DNA of 64,000 nt from Ascidiella aspersa (Eukaryota), in NCBI GenBank assembly GCA_963924565.1, contig OZ004614.1, forward strand, positions 3,844,001 to 3,908,000, written 5' to 3'. This document shows positions 51,715-64,000 of this stretch, one piece after another. Within the stretch, counting starts at the first letter, position 1; each line of letters starts with the position of its first letter. The notes below the pieces were generated by a model. The model ran no database searches. It was not told the origin of the DNA and worked only from the letters and a program-made list of their open reading frames with translations. The position numbers and the translations under genes are program-made.

Positions 51715-53161
51715 GTATTGTAAAGCCCTAACACAGGTATCCCGCCTTTTAATATGCTGTATAATCGCCCCAAAAGAGCGTCTGTTGTGCTGTCCGTTGG
51801 TTTGCCAGTCAAGCGGTGAAACTTTACGAGAAACGCGATACTGGCTAACAAACGCGACGAAAATCACACACAGGCCAAGATAGAGTGTAGAGCTTAGCTC
51901 GCATTACGGTTACGACTGGTAGGTTTAGGACATTAAGCAATAGAGATAGCCAGATGTCTTTTTCATCAAAATGGAAAACGTTTTAAAATACATTTATGTA
52001 GAGGGTTTGTACAACATGATAGAGAAGTGCGTTTAATCTATTAAATGCCTAAAGCTTACAGTACTGTAGGCTACTGGTTTAACCTGACTTAAATTGTGCT
52101 AAGACTTAGGTTTTTAAAGTTGTCGAGGTTTTAAAGTTGTCGTTCATTGCAACAGGTTTAGAATAAAACGTTTTTCAACACTAATTGCAGCGTTACATAT
52201 AGGTATATTGCTCTAGCACCATATCGCCGGGTGTTATTCGGCTTGCAAAATGATACGTAAATCATGTAACTTGTCTTCTATTAGGCAACAACGCCTGCAT
52301 ATTTAAAACAATGGTTACGGCTTGCCTGTTCACTTACCCTTATGCTGTAAATCCAGGATAACACAACAAATTTTAGCTGTAAAACTTTAAAACACGACTG
52401 ACACAGCATATAATTGTCATTAAGTTAGGCGGATACACCTGAGAAGGCAGAGTAGGCTACTTGAGGGCAACATCCGTTATTGTTGTAGGTGTGCACGTCG
52501 ACTGGCGTGCCTTTGTCTGGCCCACTTGCCATAGAAAAGGCTGATTCTGGCTAAAGAGAGAAAGTGGGTGTCAACAGCTTTTTCGCTTACAGTGTTAACC
52601 TAAAGGGGAAGTACCCGTTGCTCACCCTTCTGAGATTGCGCTTTGGCTTCAATGGTTGGAAAAATGTATCTAGGAAAGGCTGTTTAAACCGTTAGCTGTC
52701 TGTTGTTGAATTACCTACTCTTCATGGCATTGCTTTATATGATGTAAGAGGTTTATCAGTATCCAGTTTCGATATTGCAGTTATTTGTGAAGGCTGTAGG
52801 CTACATTGAAATGAAAGCAAACTTCAACAGTGCTTATTCGTGTTGGGGCATTGCCCTCGAAAAGCCAGGCCGCGTATTTGGTTAATTGTCACAGTGTTTG
52901 TGTGTAAGTTTTTGTTTTGATTAGAGGGGGGTCGCTATTATGAGTAGCATAAATGTAATATGATTTTTTTTCTTTTAATAGCACATCACGTTTGACCAAC
53001 TATATTAAACTAAAAATCAGCAGAACATTTAACTAATTTGTGACACCCCAATGGATTTTCTTGCGAAATGCGATGTTTTAGAGCCTGGTTTTAATCTGGC
53101 CCAAGCGACATCATTACAATTGTTTAACTGTCTTGTGTTTCTAGCCTTGAATAAATTCAAA

Positions 53162-56100
53162 ATGAAGCATTTGGCGTTAATAATTTTGCTGTTTCCACCG
53201 CTTGTGCATTGTCTGATGGACCCGGAGTTGGTTGAACTAATCAAGATTAATAGATTGCTAAAAGAAGTACAGACAACCACGAGCATGTGTAGGTTACTGA
53301 TGCTAAATTATATTTTTTTAATTTCTTTCTTTGTTTAGTAATATTGTTTTGCTTGTAACACATACGTCCACATGGGAAAACACAGTAGGACCTACACAGT
53401 AACAATACCTAAATAAATCTATAATATCATGGTATTAAGACCGATAATAAAGCATAAATAAAACCAAGTACGCAGTAATATCCAGGACAGAATACATACC
53501 TAATCCTCTGAATAAGACATAAATCCGCCGGAAAAGGTCCTATAATCATCAGAAATAGACCTAAATGGTCAAAACAACGCTTGAAACTGTAGAAATGGTT
53601 ATGGGAAGATCATGGGCCATGGGTCTCTGGCATCGGCCGAATGGTTGTCGACCTTTGGACGCCATAGTTTAAACGTCGCCGCTGTTTTGGAACGGCTTCT
53701 TATTGGGCCCTGTTTGGGGTTAGTGGCGGGTAATGGGTACGGTTAGAACAGAAATTATTAGGGAAGTTAATCCTGTTTTGGTCTTATTCCGAGCTGTGTT
53801 TTGATCTGACGGTGTCTTATTTCGATCTTATGGCATGAGTGCGTCCAACTACTATAAGTTATTGCTTAATTGGCTTTTCGTTGTATAGAGAACTAAATCG
53901 TTTATGGGCCGCTGTTCGATTGGTTGCAAATTTTCATTTTCACTGCAACGGTTCACGTATTCCGATTGATTAAGATTTTTATTTAAGCAATCCCTAAAAT
54001 TGCTAAAGGAAACGAAGGCATGGCTCATATTAAATAATTTTGACTTTATCAGCGCTAATGGCTTCTTTGTGTTTTGCTCACCATAAGCTTACAAAACCCA
54101 GCGAAGTTATTGCAAAACTCCAAGTTAATTTAAAAACTCCAAAGCTTCGATGTTGTACCTAGGCGTAGTATTTGGGCTGCCGCGGAAAAAGTTTGAGAAA
54201 CACTGATAAAGATACAACCTTCGAGATTGTAAAAACAAAAATATGTGAAAAATTGTTTTTGTAAAAAATAAATGACTATAAGGCTTATAAACTGCATTTT
54301 CACCATTGGTTAGCAAGTGCAGTCAGTTTCTCACGGTCAGTTGTAAATTTACAAGAAATAAACGCCGACCGATTTTATAAATCCGTGTTAAAGTCATTAA
54401 TAGGCAAGGCGGAACCCATGTCTGCAATGTCGGTGTGGGTTAACACCGCGTACTTCCCTTATTCCAACACCACGCAAAACGCCACCGCCATATAATCCAT
54501 TGTGATAAATAGAACTTTTGCTAAACATTTGCTATGAAAACACGACTGTTTGTATTGCGAAATCGCGTATACACGCTTGTGACAAGAAAACTTTCGCTGA
54601 TTAACCTTTTATACTTTTCAGTGGCCTGCAGTGATGGCTACGAATTCGACCCTACGCTTGTAGGGGAAATCTCAACACCAAATGGTCTCCAGTACATCAA
54701 TGGAACGAGCTGCGTTTGGACCATTAGAACAGCGAAAGACATGGTGAGAACGAATTCAGTGGTGTACTGGTATCCGACCACAAAATGCAGTATTCTGTGC
54801 TATTATCTTTATTTCCATTGCTTACCGGGTGTTTTAAGGCAGTAAAATACCAAAATCATTACTACTATTTACATTGATATTACCCCTGTCCTATAACCAA
54901 ATAAGCAAAAATGTTGACCTGCCGATGCACAGTTTTACTGTGGCCGCCCTACCTCTAAGTGGCGGCACCGTTTCCTTATGGGAGAATGGTTGTCCTGAGG
55001 ACTGGGTCTAAACATTACTGACATTTCAGGCATTCTCGGCCTACTTTTGGGTCAATGGGAAGAATACGCCACTACACGTTCACCATTTATTTTACATTTA
55101 CTTTGTTTTACTTAGTAACAAAAAAAACTGATGTCCATTACATAAAACACCTCCTTAGTTATTGTTTTAAAGTTAATTTGGACTGAATTTAGGTTGCAAA
55201 TAACTACAAATTTGTGACGTTTCAGATCTTGAAGCTCAACTTTGAAGAGTTCAGCATTCCGTTTGATGAATATTGTTTCTGGGGATATCTTGAGGTTTTT
55301 GATGGAAGCAAGCTTTCGGCAAAGGTAATACACCAACTTTTAGTTTAATAAAAAATATAACACGGTATTCATTTTCAGTATTTAATGTACTTATAAGAAG
55401 ATCAGATAATCTTGAATAAATATGTACATAACTTTAATAATTTAATTGCTCACTATAAATTAAAAACTTTGATTTAGTTAAAACGATTAAAACAGCATCC
55501 ATTTTTCTATATTAACAAAATACATGTTGGATTGCGGGTAGCACTATACTAATTAGACAAACCAGATTTGTTCAAGCTTATTCTGTCAATCTTGATTTAC
55601 GGACATTATATGATTACAATAGCAGATTGTTTCCCTTTGCTCGCCAACAAGCAAAAGGTGGATAACATTGCAAAATCACAACTTATACCCGTTTAAAAAT
55701 TTAGGAAATATGAAGTAAAGTGAATTTAATTGTTTAGTTGAAATCTTCCACTGAGCAGAGTTTGTGAGACAAACTACTGGAAACATTTTACTTATCGGAC
55801 AAGTTCCGATATCTGCGGCCAGAATGTTTTTTAATAGTTGAAATTATAAACTTCTGCTTTGAGTAAACTAACGACAAAAACAAATGTTAAATTCTACTGG
55901 TGCAGAATGTTTTCATAAATGTGATTATTCTGGAAAGGAAATAATCTTCACATTTATCGAAAAAAAAATATTTAAAAATCATCTATCATACAATCCTAAA
56001 AAATTGATATTGTCAAAACATGTTTTCACCATGATTTAAAACGTTTTTCCTCACGATTTTAACTGCGACAAACTTTAGATGGAAGATCGAAAGCTTTGCG

Positions 56101-59100
56101 GCCAGTTGCGCAACACCACGTTTGTGACGTCATCACACACGGCTGTGGTGACGTATTACGCGAGCGGGGCGACCAAGTATCGCAACTTCAGACTAAAGTG
56201 GACGAGTTTAAGTGAGAATCCTAATTTTTTACATATACCAAAAATGTTGTGCTATTCTAAGGAACCTTGCAATTGATTCGGCAAGACATATGCGTCCAAG
56301 TCTGTTTTATTATTTTTAACTCAAGATGTTATTAAGACTTAGTTGTAATTGTAATATTTGTCAATGCCCATATTTCTCTGATTCGAAACAAGGTAATCAG
56401 GTGGAATTTTTTTTATTTTGAAATAAAGTAATCATGTGGCAATTGTATAAAACAAATTGTATTGAATAATTATCGACAAGCTTTCGCACAACCGTTTTTC
56501 ATCAGGTCAAAGTAGAAATGCAGCATTTCGATATTTTTCTTTGCATAATGTCACCTGAACCCTATTTGGTAAATGTAAGTTCGTTTTTCCCGAAAGTGAT
56601 AATTTTTTAAAGTACAGTTAAACGAGTCCCGTGAAACTCGTGAATTCACCGGGATTAATAAAGCGACACAATTCAATATTCGCCTAAAATCGTTATTGTG
56701 TATATTGATGTTTAAAGCACACGCATACCAAGGTGATGGCAAAGTTGAAGTAAATGTTCCCATAATGTTTCTTTCATTTGAAAAAGCCTTCAATAGAAAT
56801 CTGATTTCTAGCTTATTTTTGCTTGTGCTAGAGCGACCATCTAAACAAAACAAGGAATGGGAAAAATGTGGAATGACTTCAAGGACTCCTGCTTACAACC
56901 AGGTCTGGTTTAACAATTTACCTCATAGGAGTGACATAAGTGTGCAATTTAAATTAGATTGCGTAACTCAAACTTTAAAAATTAACGTGTTCAGGAAAAT
57001 GGTAACACTGATAAAAACTTCCATGATTATTAAACTATAAGTACAGGATTTAGTAAGCCTACCATCAGTTTGTTTGAATGTTTTATGATAAATATATTTC
57101 GCTACTAAAAGCAATATCAGCATCTTTCAATTTGCATAAGATACTGATGATGCTTTTACGAGTGAATTATTTTCACATCCAAACAAACTGATTTTCGGTT
57201 TACTAAGTTCTATGCTTATTATTTAATCTTTATCATTGATGTGCAGCCAGAATCGTTTGTTTTTCGCCATTTGGATTCAGACAGATTTTGTTATTCGAAA
57301 GTATATTCTAAATAAAAACTTCCATGGGTGGAGATTTGATTTTAAATACATAGTTACTGTGAAGTTAAACTTTACGTTCCGAAAATTGAGACGAAATCTC
57401 AAAGTTGTTTTTGCAATCTCATAGTCTAAACCAGTGTCTGTTAACCTTTTTTACTTGGGGGCGCACCTAGAGACATATGAAAACGTGGCGGCGCACCTTG
57501 CGAGGGAAGCGAGCGCGAAATTTTTGAGGTGTACCCATATTTCTCTTAAATTGCCTGCAGTTTTCATTATATGGGTTTTATAGTTGCAACATTTAAAGGG
57601 ACCTCCATTCTTTGAGACTAAAAACGTTATTTTGTCGATCAAAGTCTTAATCCGATTAATTTTGCACTTATTTCGTCATGTTTTTCCTTTGGCTCGCGGC
57701 GCACCTAGCAACCTTCCATGGCGCACCAGTGCGCCGCGGCGCACCGGTTGAGAAACGCTGGTCTAAACATATAGTAACTTATTATATCGTGCGACGTTTT
57801 ATGTACAGCTATTTGACTACGACCGGATGCTACCAGTTACTTCAAACGAGGGATCTTGGCCGTGGCATGCTGGGCTGGTTACCAAGGGCTCTTACAACAA
57901 GTACTGCCAGGGGACAGTCGTGTCAAGCAAGTTCGTCCTCACTGCGGCTCATTGCGTTGAAAAGTAGGTTTATGTAGAGCAGGGTTTTTTTTTACCGTAA
58001 ACCTCTAATTTTTTTTTGTTTTACGTGAACAAAAGTTGGCAAGAAATTTTCAAAAATGACGTCAAACATTTGCGTCACAATACAAATAGATTTTAGAAAT
58101 ATGCTGATGATTTAAGTAAACCAAGTCTGAATACATTCAGTGCTAAAATGTTTTTTTTTAAGTAAAATATTTTCTTCGAAAAATTTTGGCCTTCATGGAC
58201 CCCCTAAAATTTCGAGAAACATTGATGCAGGGTAATTTGTTTAAAAAATAGGTAAAATTATTTAAAGTGAATCAAATCTTTGGCAGATTTTCTAAAATTA
58301 ACTATTTTTAGGTTAACGACTTCGGAAGTCCACTGTAGTCACATTTGCTTTTAGTTTTAAGCTAGGGCCGGCCGGTACTTTTTTGATACCGATATGTTGG
58401 ACAAAAAAAGTAACTTTAAAAAGTTTGAACCTACTGGTGATTACATTAAACATTGCCCAAAAAGTAGGAGCTTGAGGTAATATTAATTTTACATATTACA
58501 ATCCCGCTTTTTTATAATTATATATAAATCCATTTTTTGTGATTGCGTCTGAGCTACGAGGAAAGCTTATAACAATCCAATTTTAAGAAATTTCTTAGTA
58601 TACTGTAGTATTTATAATTGACCTTATACCAAATGATGTGTTTACAATGTACAGGCTCGAAAAAGGCGACTTTGAAATACTGGTCGGAAAGCACTTGTCG
58701 GAAGTGTGGGAACCAACTGAACAGCGATTGGCAGTTGCAAAAATTAGCTTGCCACCAGCAAGACAATTGTAAGTTGGAAGAAATAGTTACTTTCTGACAA
58801 CAAATTTAATGGGATTAGAATTTAAGCTAGGGTAGAATTTCCAGTTGAGTTAGTTGGACCGCAAAGCAACACGCAAATATTTTGATTTACTGTTTACGCA
58901 CAAGATACCAACATTACATTTCATATAACACCGTTTCTGTGAAAGGCACATCTCGCTAAAACTCACGAAGGTACAAACACGATACCAACACTTGTGATAC
59001 CAACATGATGCTACAAGATACACCATTAAAGATACCAACACTATAAGTTACCAACATTATAGATGCAAACACGATACCAACACTTGTGATACCAACATGA

Positions 59101-61984
59101 TGCTATATAAGATATCAAACCTACACAACATACTTTCTGAGGAACACACGAACATATGTTAGCTCTATCCATCTATAAGGCCGGGAGAGATACCCAGAAT
59201 ATACAGTATTTTAAGGTTGAATTATTTCTGCGCAGCAAAATGCTGCTCGAAGGATTAAAGAAAAAACTTCTCTTCGATTCGGTCTGGTCCGTGGTTTTTC
59301 CCGAGTTGGACATTTCACTGGTCGAGCTGAAAGGGGAAATCACCTTCACCCCATACGTCAGACCCATCTGTATGCCGTCACTTCCGCCCCAGGCCGGAGA
59401 TGACGCAATGTCCACAGGGTGGAATATAGCACATTTCGAAACTGTTGCAGGTAATATTACATTAGGTTAAAATTTACATGTTTCAATTTGGTTTATACAA
59501 CCTAAAATTTCAAATGCCAACCGCTGTTAGATAGCAACACTCAAAAAATGCGTTAAAATTGCCAAGTTTAACTGTTTGAAAGATTAAGTGAAAGCACACT
59601 AAAAGTGTTGACCAATGGTGTAAGCAGGAGAGTCAGGTTTGAACTTGCGACCTATACCCAAACAGACGATTTACCAACTGAGGTACCCAGGCCCAGAGAG
59701 GAGCGAGTCGAGATAAAAACATTGCTCTGTTGCCTTCTGCATCATGTTCGTAAAACTAGCCTGTGGTGAGATTTGAACAAACAACCTCTGTCAGACCAGG
59801 ACCGGGGCTAAGGTTTTAAAACTAAATCCGAAATTCACAATTTTCCAGGTCAAGTCCAATTCTGTGTCTAATTCGTACTCACATTTTAGCAATTTGTTAC
59901 TTTGCTTTTATTTACTTGTATAAAAAAATATTTTTTTTGTATTGTTAGCTCGAAGAGTAAAATAGAATCAGTAACGAATAAATGAAACAAGTATTTATAG
60001 CTTGGACAATTGGCAATTTACATAGCACAGACGAATAGTAATCACCACAGGCAAAACAGCAATGAAATGCGGTACAATTCACGTGAATGTGGAATGCGCG
60101 TACGCGATTACTGCTGTCTAGAAAGTGCACGAAGCGGAACCACAACAGAGTGATAGGGATTTTTACATTCCTTTATGAAATGAAGAGAAAGCTTGGCTAA
60201 TCTCACTTTACTCAAAAATTAAAATCATATTTTGTTAATTTATTATAACCTAATAAATATTCGCTCATTCTTAACGTTCAGGCAAAATGAACCAACTTCG
60301 CCCGAAACACCAGGAATTGAAGGAGATAATGGTTGAAATATCTGACCAAGAGTTGTGTGATTCACTGCTGGCTGTGAGCGAAATGGCGACAAGCGAAAAC
60401 CACGGCGTAATATGCACCGCTAGCGGGCGCCAGATCTCAAAGACAATTGCTGACACTGGACAAGTAAAAAGCTGCGTTCTTGTTGAAAGCTAGTTTTTGT
60501 AGCCTGGCCTTGCTTGCAAAGCAATCCTGATTAGGTGCATATAGGACGGGAATTTTTTTCCTGGAAGCCGTGGGTGGGATAGGGCGATGCATTAAGATTG
60601 AGGTTAATGTGGAATTTATAGGAGGTTAAGCATTAAAAAGCTTGCTTTAAAGAAATAAAACGCTTCGCCAATCGATGACAATATTTACTAAATTGCGCCG
60701 CATTTGTAACGGATGTGTTGAAAGCATACTTAAACTTTTAATTGCTTGTTTGTCTGATGATTAATTTTATTTTTTGTTCGTTTTTCGTTTATACCGATTT
60801 AGGTGTTACCCTTTTGGAAGAAACACGGTAAATTATGATGAGTATTGGTCTGTATTGTTGTTCAGCATTGCTAGACCACAGTATATATCCATGTGAACCC
60901 CATGGCTTAATAAGCATTGTATTTACCAAACAGTGCTCGGTTTTGTGTGCAGCTACTGTAGACCCTTGAAGCATTATTATTTGCTCCTTGTGGCTTTGCA
61001 AAACAAAGCTATCTACCACAATTTAGCAATATATCTAGACAAAGTCAAACCATTGGGAAAGTATTTTGGTTAAAATGAAATTTCGGATTTGTAAGCCACA
61101 AAGTTTGTAATTTATTTAGAAACCCTGCTAACTTAATTGTAATGCTGCATAGTCCATGGCGCCTATAGAGTTAAAACAAGAAGGTAAAACATATCAGATA
61201 CTAATAAGAATATGAAAGATGGGGTATCATTTTGAACATGTCGAATAACTCTTTATTAAGAAATATTCAAAACGTTCAAATTGCTACCTACTTTGTATGG
61301 GCTTTGATAGTCTTACTGCGTCTTGGTACAACCTCAAACCATTACGCTCCAAAATGTAAGACACTGATTTTCAGGGTGATTCTGGCGGGGGCATGTTCCA
61401 GCTTCACGAAGGAAGATGGGTGATTGCTGGTGTTCTAAACTCGGTCATTACACTAAACCTCATAGGTAAAGCAAATAGCCAGTGGAGCAGTGTACATCAC
61501 CATCTGCCCTGGATCAAACTAGGTAAGAAATTATTTATTGATTTGTAGTTAAAAACTGGTGTTCCGTTTTTCACCGAACTTTTCGAAATGAGGTTTTGCC
61601 TGTTGAGATTTCCTGCCTGTGCATTTGTAATTTCCCTATTACGACGATCTGCAAAGATACTCAGACTTCGAGTATTTATTAAGAGGGTACAGTAATTTTT
61701 TTTATAAGGATACATTGATTTACATTGTAGGTATGCCTTCCTATTTTCTTCCAACAAACCTTGATATTTATTAATTTTGGATTTACAGTGTGTATGGAGT
61801 TTCATAATTTTTTTTAACAATTTTTTTTTAAATGAAGTAAATCATGTTGATTATGTTGGCTTAAAAAATACATGATTAACTTTTGATTGCTCCTAAAAGA
61901 GGATGTACTTAAGTTTTTACAAATTTTTTTTCAAATAAATTTGTTTTTTTATTGTTTGCAGTGACAAGGAACACTGTCAACTGA
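53162..61984 (+). CDS. Secreted CUB-domain S1A (trypsin-fold) serine protease, 462 aa; exons 53162-53288, 54622-54743, 55226-55324, 56079-56211, 56832-56902, 57809-57963, 58655-58768, 59236-59450, 60282-60463, 61375-61522, 61962-61984
   Basis: The spliced 1389-nt CDS is open. Signal peptide MKHLALIILLFPPLVHC. CUB domain: GEISTPNG..CVWTI, LNFEEFSI..CFWGYLEVFDG, LCG..FRLKW. Protease motifs: GSWPW, LTAAHC, LDISLVEL, RPICMP, GDSGG, LPWI. Confidence 0.9.
57432..57760. mobile_element. hAT (Buster-like) MITE with subterminal gcggcgcacc repeats
   Basis: TIR cagtgtctgttaacc / ggttgagaaacgctg. Perfect TSD gtctaaac. Confidence 0.88.
58960..59105 (+). repeat. GATACCAACA-based minisatellite with a 39-bp exact duplication
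   Basis: aaacacgataccaacacttgtgataccaacatgatgcta occurs twice, with further gatacca units around it. Confidence 0.85.
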
Positions 61985-62608
61985 AAAGAACGCGCTGTGA
62001 TTCTTTTATTATATTTATGTGTTTCGATCGTTTTTCTTTGCTTTGCTTCGGCCATTTTCACTCGTTTTGTGACCGGTACTGTTATTTAAGCCACTTGAAA
62101 TGAGCCGGAGAAGCGTAAAAAATAACTCTTCAGAAAAAGTCGTTTTGAGTGACCAAAGTAAATGTTTAGCAATTATTGAGCAAATTTGTAACACTGTAAG
62201 ATTGTAGTTTTGCCCAAATGTTCACAACATTGCCAACTTTGTTGAAACGTATTTTGATGCACTTTCACGAACACGTACGTGTTAAAAGTTGAAATTAAAT
62301 AGGACAAAATGGGTAATTCTTGATAGAATTATGGTTATGCCAATCGCAAATTACACACTGTACTTTTGGTTTTTCGTGCTGTTCTCTGTTCGAAATTCTC
62401 AACAACATTGCTAATCGTTCCTCCATTATTCCATAGTTTTGTTTTGTTTTATTGTTCAAACGAATAAAAATCTACGATAGCCCAGGCAACGGTCATGTAG
62501 AAGCGTTGCACGCCACCATTTGTTTTTCTTTGGGATCTCCCGCTAATAACATAAACACCACAATTTATGAACCGAGACGACAAATACTTGTAAAGCATTC
62601 GCAGGACA

Positions 62609-63075
62609 CAGTGTTGTACACATGTCATTTTAAAATCACTCAAATCACAGTCAAGTCTAAAAAAATAGCAAGTTAAACTCCAGTCCATGACATCGGTTGC
62701 CCAAGTCAAGTCCCCGTCAAGTTATTATTAGAACAAGAATAAATATAAAATAAAAAAAGGACGAACTCTTCCGATTATGAGCAGTAAATCAACTAAAAAA
62801 TATCAAAAAACAACCTAGCAATCTAATTGTTCAAAGTGCAAAACTTAGAAAAATAACTAAATTTTAGAAAATAATGTTAAATGAAAACATATATTTTTAA
62901 CCAAAGTCATTTAACTTCAAGAATTAAATCTAATTGTTCAAGTCAAGATTTTGTCCATAAGACTTAAGTCAAATCATGTCATTCTGTCCACAAGACTTAA
63001 GCCAAGTCAAGTCAATTACCAGAACGACTTCAGTCAAGTCAAGTAAAACAGTGACTTAAGTTATTACAATACTAG
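62609..63075. mobile_element. Member of a dispersed repeat family with CAGTGTTGTAA termini and gacttgacttg/caagtcaagtc arrays
   Basis: Related sequence at ~265-693, 4648-4690, 16380-16422, 25545-25665, 35866-36100, 38965-39012 and 46880-46915. Confidence 0.6.
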
Positions 63076-64000
63076 AAGAACATGGCTTGAGTTCTGGGCA
63101 ACAGAGAAAAGCGAAATTTTGCTAAGGCTGAAGCACTTTTGACAGGATTTGCCGTCATTTCCCAAGCAACAACCCACGCTTTCAATCATCAATTAACGCT
63201 GCGCGTTGCGAAGTGCTGGAAGTCTATCGCAGTTTAACTGGCTTATTTCGGCTTTAGTTTCGGTTCTATGCAAGTTTCAAAGCAGCGCGCTTTTTATAAC
63301 GCACAGGCAAGAGCGAGTTTTTGCGTTTGTTGAAATGCTTGTTGCTGCAAAGGCAGCTTGCAACAAATGGGATCCCTTTTTGATTTGTCTATTTACTGAA
63401 GACTTGTGAAGTCCAATTGAATTAGTTTTTGAGCAACGGCTAAGATACCAAAGTTTGATCAGGATCTAGTACCTGCGTAGTATTTTAATGCAACATGACT
63501 TGAAGTTGTATATTTCAACAGGTGATCATGACCACCGTACTATCTGAACTCCACTATATCAAAACTAAACATACTGTCATTGAATTTCAAAGTGCATACT
63601 GTCAGCTCGCTTATAGATTTATTGTGCATTCACATAATCAGTAAGTTCGCTTTAAATAAAATAGCTTACAGCGCAGTAACAAGACGTGTTGTCAGTAAGG
63701 AGTGCATTGTTGACTGTAGTTTTTTATCCATGCAGTAGCGTTACACTATAATGACTATGTACCACAAGAGCGACTGCGATGGGGATTAACTAAGTCGAAA
63801 TGCCGGGTGGATTTGCCAGATCGGCGAGGAAAGGAAAAGAATATCGAGGTGAAATATTTAACACTTTACCAGGCAAACACGCTATAATTACAAGCACAGA
63901 AAATGCGTCGTTTCTCTACAAGTTCAAGTCGTGGCCCTCTTCTAGAATCCTACCGCAGTGTTCAAACAATTATTAAATCAAACACACAATATTTGGATTA

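Noticed and set aside
50855-51867. Similar short ORFs on opposite strands (WHSDGETLSNVTIGFH / WQSNGETLLNVTIRFH)
   Set aside because: The similarity follows from the DNA palindrome. Frame-breaking indels between the arms and a MITE insertion argue against coding.
58960-59105. Repeat-spacer-like pattern
   Set aside because: A eukaryotic minisatellite with irregular, self-similar spacers and no cas genes. Not a CRISPR array.
62440-62680. Short ORFs, or a possible last exon of a minus-strand neighbouring gene
   Set aside because: No recognisable homology, no linked upstream exon in the window, and partly overlapping a repeat.

Overview
AT-rich, intron-containing animal DNA. Compact introns and chordate-type genes suggest an invertebrate chordate such as an ascidian (inference only). 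Four multi-exon genes can be spliced by hand with consistent GT-AG phases. (1) A ~1249-aa CRACD/CRACDL/KIAA1210 (DUF4592) family gene on + (1953-32235), with a probable alternative first coding exon at 15815-16225. (2) YIPF6 on - (38623-34694, 214 aa). (3) A secreted CUB + trypsin-fold pseudo-protease on - (49063 to ~41598) in which all three catalytic residues are replaced. (4) Its paralogue on + (53162-61984, 462 aa), with an intact His/Asp/Ser triad. Genes 3 and 4 are head-to-head, share intron phases, and are separated by a ~890-bp imperfect palindrome lying roughly on their symmetry axis. This enzyme/pseudo-enzyme pair plus palindrome is the most interesting element. Introns carry many MITEs (several with perfect 8-bp TSDs), dispersed repeats and local duplications. 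No rRNA, intact tRNA, CRISPR array or transposase ORF was seen. Family assignments rest on recalled motifs, not database searches.
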